This document shows, in pieces, positions 16,567 to 21,828 of a stretch of DNA of 25,557 nucleotides; the first letter of the stretch is position 1; each line of letters begins with the position of its first letter. The notes beneath the pieces were generated by a model that saw only the letters and a list, made by a program, of their open reading frames with translations, ran no database searches and had not been told where the DNA came from. Source of the DNA: a virus (Duplodnaviria > Caudoviricetes); IMG/VR virus record IMGVR_UViG_3300023227_000027, positions 1 through 25,557 of that record. One strand, written 5' to 3'. The position numbers and the translations under genes are program-made.

Positions 16567-16667
16567 ACGCCACAGCGCAACGCGGGCAGCTGTCCGATAT
16601 TCGCAAGCATCACCGCAATCATGATCTCTCCTCCTTTGGCCCGCGTGGCTCAGCTTTAACGTAGGAT
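16557..16667 (+). repeat. attC-like site 7 (111 bp)
   Basis: Canonical R'' GCCTAAC matches GTTAGGC (16100). ACGCGGGC/GCCCGCGT arms, atypical R' GTAGGAT. Confidence 0.85.
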
Positions 16668-17035
16668 TTTCGGGCAAAGAACCTCTTGATTTTCTCTGCA
16701 TCTTCCGGCGAAGAGGTTTGCAGCATGAGGGCTTTGAATTTCGCCATACTCAGCTTTTCTACATTTTTATCGTATATTTTTTGCACACGCACGAGAGCGG
16801 TCACTCGCCATCCCGTATGCGTTTCCTCGTTCACCAGTCCTGCGAATCCGTCGATTTTACTTTGCTTCCAGTGACGCGGTGGCTTCACCAACAATTGGCG
16901 CGGAGGCGGCACGATAATCGTGTATCTTACCGTGCCGTCATTAGTTCCAGCCGTGGTGCAGTTCGTGTCCGTGCAGTATGATATTAAGTAATCCCTGCTA
17001 GTCGCGGTCGCAGTTGTCTGATCGTATGTTCCCAT
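16619..17035 (-). CDS. Hypothetical protein (cassette 8)
   Basis: ORF fills the cassette. Likely ATG at 17035 (alternative TTG 17065). Stops inside attC7. Confidence 0.65.
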   Translation of the reverse strand: MGTYDQTTATATSRDYLISYCTDTNCTTAGTNDGTVRYTIIVPPPRQLLVKPPRHWKQSKIDGFAGLVNEETHTGWRVTALVRVQKIYDKNVEKLSMAKFKALMLQTSSPEDAEKIKRFFARKSYVKAEPRGPKEERS

Positions 17036-17042
17036 AGTATTT

Positions 17043-17147
17043 ATCCTACCAGCGATTCGAGACAAGCCGCCTCACGCCGCTGGTTTGCGCGAGAGCTTGG
17101 TGTTGTTTAAAGATTATTGGTTGGCTGTCTCACTCGGGTTGTTCGCG
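17043..17147 (+). repeat. attC-like site 8 (105 bp, TAC core variant)
   Basis: R'' ATCCTAC matches GTAGGAT (16661). GAGACAAGCC/GGCTGTCTC arms, R' GTTCGCG. Confidence 0.85.
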
Positions 17148-17425
17148 GAAAGAGCATCGCGGGCGCAGTTTTCGAGCAGCCCGGCGAGCCATGTCGTATT
17201 CTCCCCGAACCAAAGGCAGGCGCACGCGCCCTCATTAAGCATGGTGCCGCTCGGGAGTTTCTTCGGTGGTTGGACACCAGTTCCAGAGCACCGTTTGCAA
17301 TCGGGAGTTGGCGGGTAATGCAGTCGGTCTTCAGGGAAGCGGGCGCGAAGCTCCGCTAACAAATCCACAGAGCCAACGCCGTTGGCGTTTTCCTTGAGGG
17401 GCGGCGTTGTAGTGGCGTGGCTCAT
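17114..17425 (-). CDS. Cys-rich zinc-finger-like protein (cassette 9)
   Basis: CKRCSGTG...CAC motif. Likely ATG 17425 inside attC9, stop in attC8. Confidence 0.65.
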   Translation of the reverse strand: MSHATTTPPLKENANGVGSVDLLAELRARFPEDRLHYPPTPDCKRCSGTGVQPPKKLPSGTMLNEGACACLWFGENTTWLAGLLENCARDALSANNPSETANQ

Positions 17426-17438
17426 GTCAGGGTTCGCG
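17354..17438 (+). repeat. attC-like site 9 (85 bp)
   Basis: R'' CGCTAAC versus GTTCGCG (17141), 6/7 complementary. GAGCCAACGCC/GGCGTGGCTC arms, R' GTTCGCG. Confidence 0.85.
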
Positions 17439-18035
17439 CTATTCGAGAGCGCCGGACATTTGTTGCATAGTTTCATAGTCGCATCCTGTGTTTTCCATGT
17501 CCGATCGCCCCGAGAAGAATTGTCCCGCGCCAAGTATTGAGAAGGGGTCGCCATCATTCGGATTCCAGATTCCTTCCTCGATCATCCATGCCATGCGATA
17601 GAGTGCGCACAGCATTCGAGCGCCGTCCTTGCCGTATTTCCCCTCTGAGAATGATTTCTTTCTGGTGTAGCCATTCACGGTCAGCGACGCTTTCCATCTT
17701 ACGCACACCTGGCCTGTCCCTGGTCGGTCAAGACGCTTCGAGATTCCGCCAGTCATGCGCGTCATGCAGCCACGCCGGTAACGCCCCTTTGTAGAGTATA
17801 GGCGCTGTTTAGACTTTCTCGCCGGGCGTAAATCTAGTAGTCGTTTGAGTTCCGATTTGAGTTCTGAAATTTTACGCGCAGCATTTTTACTCCTCACGCC
17901 AGCACCTTTATCGTAGTAGTTTAATGCACATCTTACCCGATGCAGTTCGGAGGCAAGACGCGAACGAGGCGAGACAGCCAACCCGATTGGGCGCTGCTGG
18001 TTACTCGCGGGAGATTTAAGGTCGTCGGTAGTCAT
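17439..18035 (-). CDS. AP2-like DNA-binding domain protein (cassette 10)
   Basis: WKASLTVNG..KKSFSEGKYG..A...A..R resembles phage/bacterial AP2 domains. No HNH motif seen. Confidence 0.6.
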   Translation of the reverse strand: MTTDDLKSPASNQQRPIGLAVSPRSRLASELHRVRCALNYYDKGAGVRSKNAARKISELKSELKRLLDLRPARKSKQRLYSTKGRYRRGCMTRMTGGISKRLDRPGTGQVCVRWKASLTVNGYTRKKSFSEGKYGKDGARMLCALYRMAWMIEEGIWNPNDGDPFSILGAGQFFSGRSDMENTGCDYETMQQMSGALE

Positions 18036-18065
18036 TGGTCGGGTTGGCTGCTCTTGATGTTCGAC
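17959..18065 (+). repeat. attC-like site 10 (107 bp)
   Basis: R'' CGCGAAC matches GTTCGCG (17432). CAGCCAACCCGA/TCGGGTTGGCTG arms, R' GTTCGAC. Confidence 0.9.
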
Positions 18066-18358
18066 GAAAGAATTTCTAGGAACTCCCGAATCTTTGGCCT
18101 TAGATATTTATCGCGCACTCTTTCGACCACACAGATGTGCCCGTGGTGCTTTTCCTCCCATCGGCGGCAGTGGCTCCCGTATAGGTCTAGCAGGTCGTGA
18201 AAATTGTAGAGATTGATTTCGTCGGAAGCTTCAGCGTCCCACTTAAAAAACCAATACTGCTCCAGGTCTTCTTGGCTTTGCTTAGCTAAGTCATCATCGA
18301 GCGATTGAGCCAAAGATGTTATCGTGTTTTCTATATCTGTTTCGGTTACTTGTGTCAT
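18032..18358 (-). CDS. Hypothetical protein (cassette 11)
   Basis: 108 aa, stops in attC10 with an ATGA overlap to the next gene. Confidence 0.7.
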   Translation of the reverse strand: MTQVTETDIENTITSLAQSLDDDLAKQSQEDLEQYWFFKWDAEASDEINLYNFHDLLDLYGSHCRRWEEKHHGHICVVERVRDKYLRPKIREFLEILSSNIKSSQPDQ

Positions 18359-18382
18359 AGTGTTTTCGTTATGTCAGTTAGG

Positions 18383-18442
18383 GTCGAACGAGTCAGAGCT
18401 AGCAATTTCGCTCCGCTCAATCGCTAGTCTTTCATGTTCGGA
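18383..18442 (+). repeat. attC-like site 11 (60 bp)
   Basis: R'' GTCGAAC matches GTTCGAC (18059). CTAGC/GCTAG arms, R' GTTCGGA. Confidence 0.85.
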
Positions 18443-18624
18443 AGAAATAGCGGAGTGATGCACCCCTCTTCGCATCTGCGGCAATAGAGAGTGTATCCAC
18501 GAGGCTCTATCTTACTTGGATAAAGTTCCGCGAACTCGTGTTGTTTACAGGTTGGGCAAACCGGAATTTCCGAACCAGTCGCTGGTGTGGAACGCGATTG
18601 CTCGCTTTGGATTTTATCACTCAT
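18424..18624 (-). CDS. Small zinc-ribbon protein (cassette 12)
   Basis: CPTC...CRRC. Starts in attC12 and stops in attC11. Confidence 0.65.
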   Translation of the reverse strand: MSDKIQSEQSRSTPATGSEIPVCPTCKQHEFAELYPSKIEPRGYTLYCRRCEEGCITPLFLPNMKD

Positions 18625-18691
18625 GTTATTTTAATCGGTTGATTGCTTCGTGGCCGCGCACTCGTCGCGTCCCACATCTCTATTGTTCTGC
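18569..18691 (+). repeat. attC-like site 12 (123-bp family)
   Basis: R'' TCCGAAC matches GTTCGGA (18436). Same arms as site 5, R' GTTCTGC. Confidence 0.9.
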
Positions 18692-19032
18692 CACTTCGCA
18701 TTGAAGTCGTTCATCATCTGTTCATCGGCAAATCCCATCCATGTTTCACCATTCACGGTTGCGCCTCCGCTATGCCATTTCCCCGCCTTGCCGTGGATTG
18801 GCCACGCTTCGGGGCCGCAGTATTCACGACACCACTCCATGACGTTCTGCCAGCGTTGAGAGTTTATGCTGTCCGTGTATGCCTCCACCATCCAAGGCGT
18901 TCCATCCCACACTTTATGCGTGAGATCGTCCGTTGAGTCATAGGCCATGACGCGATGATAAAGAGCAGAACCAACAGCCAGAGCCCACGAGGCCGACTGT
19001 CCTTTTTCGGGTGTTTCATTTGGTGTATTCAT
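18631..19032 (-). CDS. Trp-rich hypothetical protein (cassette 13)
   Basis: Start reassigned to ATG 19032 by homology of its N-terminus (MNTPN..PEKGQSAS.ALAVGS) to the cassette 6 gene. Confidence 0.7.
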   Translation of the reverse strand: MNTPNETPEKGQSASWALAVGSALYHRVMAYDSTDDLTHKVWDGTPWMVEAYTDSINSQRWQNVMEWCREYCGPEAWPIHGKAGKWHSGGATVNGETWMGFADEQMMNDFNAKWQNNRDVGRDECAATKQSTD

Positions 19033-19077
19033 GTTCTTAGTTTTTCGGGCCTCGTTGCTCATCTGAGCTGGTTCTGC
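18965..19077 (+). repeat. attC-like site 13 (113-bp family)
   Basis: R'' GCAGAAC matches GTTCTGC (18685). Arms like site 6, R' GTTCTGC. Confidence 0.9.
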
Positions 19078-19370
19078 GATGATTCGGCCATCGGGGTTAT
19101 CGTGAGGGTTTGATCCCTTGCGCCGTCGTCGATCCATGTGAATCCGTCGAGCTTGCAGGCGTCCTTCACGCCCATGAGTCGGCCTAGTGTGTTCACTCCC
19201 GAGACTGTTACTCGGGCTAGTTCTAGATAGTCTGCGAGTTCCTCTAAGCATATAGGCAGTCTATCCTTGGGGACTTCCAGGAGGTCCATTACATGGTTGA
19301 TCGTATATCCGGGAGCAGAACCAGTCGCTGGTGTGGAACGCGATTGCTCGCCCTGTGTTTGAGTAGGCAT
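19059..19370 (-). CDS. Hypothetical protein (cassette 14)
   Basis: 103 aa, starts in attC14 and stops in attC13. Confidence 0.7.
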   Translation of the reverse strand: MPTQTQGEQSRSTPATGSAPGYTINHVMDLLEVPKDRLPICLEELADYLELARVTVSGVNTLGRLMGVKDACKLDGFTWIDDGARDQTLTITPMAESSQNQLR

Positions 19371-19437
19371 ATTATTTTAGGAGGTTGATTGTTTCGTGAG
19401 CGCGTTCTCGTCGCGTCCCACATCTCGGTCGTTCTAC
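19315..19437 (+). repeat. attC-like site 14 (123-bp family)
   Basis: R'' GCAGAAC matches GTTCTGC (19071). Same arms as sites 5 and 12, R' GTTCTAC. Confidence 0.9.
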
Positions 19438-19757
19438 CCACCGCCGTTGCTGTAGTCGTTGGCGATTATCTCAGGAATCTTGGCGCATAGCACCTCATCG
19501 CAATAGTTGCCGTCGTCTTGTTGATACGCCCTCTTGCCAATTTCCTTCCCGCACTTCTCAAGCAGTCCACGGTAGTAGTCCGTGTTTCGTTGATTCTGTG
19601 CGGCGGTGTCCATCCAGTTTGCGATTCGACGTGCTACTGATTCCGCGAGCACGGTATCCATTTCTATGTGCTTCGTCTCTTCGTCGCACCAACATTGAGC
19701 GGCCATTTGACGCGCTTCTTCCATCCAAGTTTCGGGAGTTGTTGTTGTTGTATTCAT
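19434..19757 (-). CDS. Hypothetical protein (cassette 15)
   Basis: 107 aa, with its TAG stop inside the core GTTCTAC. Confidence 0.7.
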   Translation of the reverse strand: MNTTTTTPETWMEEARQMAAQCWCDEETKHIEMDTVLAESVARRIANWMDTAAQNQRNTDYYRGLLEKCGKEIGKRAYQQDDGNYCDEVLCAKIPEIIANDYSNGGG

Positions 19758-19771
19758 TGTATTATTACGGG

Positions 19772-20314
19772 TTAAAATTCGGAGGTAGAACCATCGTTTC
19801 GAGACAACCTCGCTTCGCTCGGCGTCTCACACGAACTGTTCTCTCTAAGAGATTTGGGGTTCATCACGAGGACTGACTCGCAGTCCCATCCATAGAGGCT
19901 GTGTGGGCGAGCGAAGCGGGTTTCCTGTTGGCCTCTCTCGGTCAGATACACGGCGTCGATTCCGCTCATCTCTAACGGTTGGAACAACGGGAAACTCCAA
20001 TTAGGCATCAGTTCGACCCACGGGAGTTGATCCCTCGCGTCTTCCAGCGAGTCGATGACAAGCGCCACCCCCTCAAATTCAATATCGAAATGGGTTGATA
20101 GATCACCGAACGATTCAGCATCGCACCACTCACGCCATCCGTAATTGCACCCCACGGGGGATGCCCAGAATCCCCCACGAGGTTTCACTAAATGATCGTC
20201 CGTAATCGGTTTGAACTTCGACGGGTCGTATTGACGCGCACCGTAATGCCGCAAGGAGAGAACAAGTCGCTGCTGAGCAACCGCCGGAGCGGTGGAGTTT
20301 TCTTTTGTATTCAT
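19772..20314 (-). CDS. Hypothetical protein (cassette 16), possibly ADP-ribosyltransferase-like fold
   Basis: Start ATG 20314 inside attC16 (ATGA overlap). Motifs LRHYG, KPRGGFWASP and WDCESVLVMNP. The fold is an inference only. Confidence 0.65.
   Translation of the reverse strand: MNTKENSTAPAVAQQRLVLSLRHYGARQYDPSKFKPITDDHLVKPRGGFWASPVGCNYGWREWCDAESFGDLSTHFDIEFEGVALVIDSLEDARDQLPWVELMPNWSFPLFQPLEMSGIDAVYLTERGQQETRFARPHSLYGWDCESVLVMNPKSLRENSSCETPSEARLSRNDGSTSEF
19785..19844 (+). repeat. attC-like site 15 (60 bp), near-identical to site 3
   Basis: R'' GTAGAAC matches GTTCTAC (19431), R' GTTCTCT. 19764-19842 equals 14519-14597 with one mismatch. Confidence 0.9.
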
Positions 20315-20356
20315 AGTCTTGGGCGCTCCGTCTGTGGCAGAGCTTGAGCGTTCTGT
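20257..20356 (+). repeat. attC-like site 16 (100 bp), right end of the array
   Basis: R'' AGAGAAC matches GTTCTCT (19838). CGGAGCG/CGCTCCG inner arms, R' GTTCTGT running into phage DNA. Confidence 0.85.
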
Positions 20357-20631
20357 GATTCCATGCGCTGCCAGATCCGCCGGATCGCGGTTTGACCCAC
20401 CCCAAACTCCAATGCCAGGCACTTGCGCTCTTCGAGCGAGCCCGCAGTGGCCCGCAGGCGGGATTGGATCTGCGCCCGCTCATCGGGATCGAGCCGCTTC
20501 GAGTAAATGCCGGGCTCCTCGTGCAACGCGCCGCCGCCGGTGCGCATGAGGCCCGGACAGTAGCGAGCAATCAGCGACTGGCACCGGGTCGCCGTGCTGT
20601 AATCATCGGAGTGAGCGTAGGAGGTAATCAT
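20311..20631 (-). CDS. Phage protein with C-terminal HTH; its 3' end is the array insertion site
   Basis: KCLALEFGVGQTAIRRIW is HTH-like. The last 12 codons come from attC16. Confidence 0.65.
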   Translation of the reverse strand: MITSYAHSDDYSTATRCQSLIARYCPGLMRTGGGALHEEPGIYSKRLDPDERAQIQSRLRATAGSLEERKCLALEFGVGQTAIRRIWQRMESQNAQALPQTERPRL

Positions 20632-20633
20632 GG

Positions 20634-20670
20634 TTCGATTTTGGAGCTTAGATTTCGGGTTTTGGAGTTC
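20634..20670. repeat. Degenerate heptamer tandem repeat
   Basis: GATTTTG GAGCTTA GATTTCG GGTTTTG GAG, related to 21535-21569 and 10540-10572. Confidence 0.55.
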
Positions 20671-20941
20671 AGTCGCCCGCCGCGGTGATCGCGGCTTGCA
20701 AGCGGTTTATTAAGATCGGGCTCACGTAGTAGCCGTTGAGAGATTCTTGCTTGTCGGCCGCGATCGCCATCGCCACCGCCAGGAGTTCGCGCCGCGTTGT
20801 CATGAGGCGCCGCGCCGAGAGCTGCAGCTTTTCCGCCGGCTCATCGCCGCGGAGATTAAGCTCCGAAGTCACGCAGCCCAGGCGCTTCGTGGAAGAGAGA
20901 AAGAGAGCCGAAAGCTCGGCATGTTCGGCGGGATCAATCAT
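20669..20941 (-). CDS. Hypothetical protein
   Basis: 90 aa from ATG 20941, overlapping the upstream stop. Confidence 0.6.
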   Translation of the reverse strand: MIDPAEHAELSALFLSSTKRLGCVTSELNLRGDEPAEKLQLSARRLMTTRRELLAVAMAIAADKQESLNGYYVSPILINRLQAAITAAGD

Positions 20942-21533
20942 CTTTGAATCCCAGGATTTTATGCCAAAAATACTTGGCACAGAAATGCGCGGTCAGACAC
21001 ACCGACCACCACCACACATGCGTGACGTAGCTCGCCTGCCAGATCGGCCGCGAGCCCAGCACATAGGCATAACGGATCGGCTCGCCGTCCTCGTGGTGAT
21101 GGCGCAAGCACAGATTATTTTTCGAGCGCGCGGTGCTACTCGAAGACCATACGCCAAACTCGGCATCGAGGAGCGGCGGCCGGCCGCGATAGATCCAATC
21201 GCGCAACACATTGCCGGTGCTGCCCCCCTTGAGCGTGAGGTGCCGGGCTTCGCCGGTCGTCACATCGAAATCCGCAAACAAGCAATCATGATCCTCCGAG
21301 GAGATATCCACCCCATCCTCCGTGCCCCCATTGACCACTGTGATCCGCGCAAACACTTCCGACAGGCGCCGGTAAAACTTGGCCGTATCTTGCCAGGTGC
21401 CGCGCAGCCAAAGCCGCCGGCCAAACTCATCCGTGGCCGGATCGCTCAACGGATCCAGCACCACATCGGTATGCGGTGGATCATCGCCGCCGCCATCCCA
21501 TGATCGGTAGTTTCTATCGTGTCGTGTGCTCAT
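20934..21533 (-). CDS. Hypothetical protein (possible beta-helix segment)
   Basis: 199-aa ORF in the operon. The EDGVDI...LTLKGGSTGNV pattern suggests a beta-helix. Confidence 0.55.
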   Translation of the reverse strand: MSTRHDRNYRSWDGGGDDPPHTDVVLDPLSDPATDEFGRRLWLRGTWQDTAKFYRRLSEVFARITVVNGGTEDGVDISSEDHDCLFADFDVTTGEARHLTLKGGSTGNVLRDWIYRGRPPLLDAEFGVWSSSSTARSKNNLCLRHHHEDGEPIRYAYVLGSRPIWQASYVTHVWWWSVCLTAHFCAKYFWHKILGFKDD

Positions 21534-21534
21534 T

Positions 21535-21634
21535 TGATTTTGGAGTTTAGATTGCAGATTTTGGATTTCACGGAGCCGTGAGGCAGAGAGTCGGGGTATT
21601 TAATCCGGTATTCATCTGTGTAATCCGTGGTTAA
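21535..21634. repeat. Heptamer repeat plus REP-like motifs
   Basis: GATTTTG GAGTTTA GATTGCA GATTTTG GATTT, then CGGAGCCGTGAGGCAG. 21614-21634 is a 19/21 inverted match to 3791-3811. Confidence 0.6.
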
Positions 21635-21828
21635 GATTCTGAGGTTTGAGGTTTTGAGAGATTGAGCTTCGAGGCATCGATCACGGCGCGGTTGATTTCA
21701 CCTGGGCCGGGATTGCTCCACTGCCACCAGAGCGAGCCGATCGCGCAATGCGGGCACTCGATAAATCCATGCACTCCGCTCAGCGTGCGCGGATCGCTGG
21801 CCTTGCCGCAGTCGGGGCAGATCTTCAC
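21631..21828 (-). CDS. Small zinc-ribbon protein
   Basis: CPDC...CPHC, with a GTGA overlap with the helicase stop. Confidence 0.6.
   Translation of the reverse strand: MKICPDCGKASDPRTLSGVHGFIECPHCAIGSLWWQWSNPGPGEINRAVIDASKLNLSKPQTSES

Larger units (their letters stand above)
13342..20350 (+). mobile_element. Array of 16 integron-type gene cassettes without an integrase in the window (CALIN-like)
   Basis: Cassette starts at 13342, 13943, 14256, 14594, 15343, 15733, 16101, 16662, 17142, 17433, 18060, 18437, 18686, 19072, 19432 and 19839. Each is bounded by G|TT-type cores and closed by an imperfect hairpin. The block is visibly more AT-rich than its flanks. Confidence 0.92.

Noticed and set aside
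16070-16701. Minus-strand ORFs 16070-16444 and 16423-16701 as the cassette 7 genes
   Set aside because: The plus-strand ORF fits the cassette boundaries exactly and has more protein-like composition. Not fully excluded, since 16070-16444 does cross the junction in the Asn frame.
14519-19842. Diversity-generating retroelement TR/VR pair or prophage att duplication (79-bp near-identical repeat)
   Set aside because: No reverse transcriptase is present, there is only one mismatch, and the repeat coincides with an attC.
13890-20356. CRISPR array or rho-independent terminators as an explanation of the repeats
   Set aside because: Repeats vary in length and sequence, the spacers are gene-sized, there are no cas genes or U-tails, and core complementarity follows cassette logic.
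17426-20422. Long N-terminal extensions in the ORF track (to 17557, 19251 and 20422)
   Set aside because: They overlap upstream genes and cross cassette boundaries. Internal ATGs inside the attC sites fit homology and coupling better.
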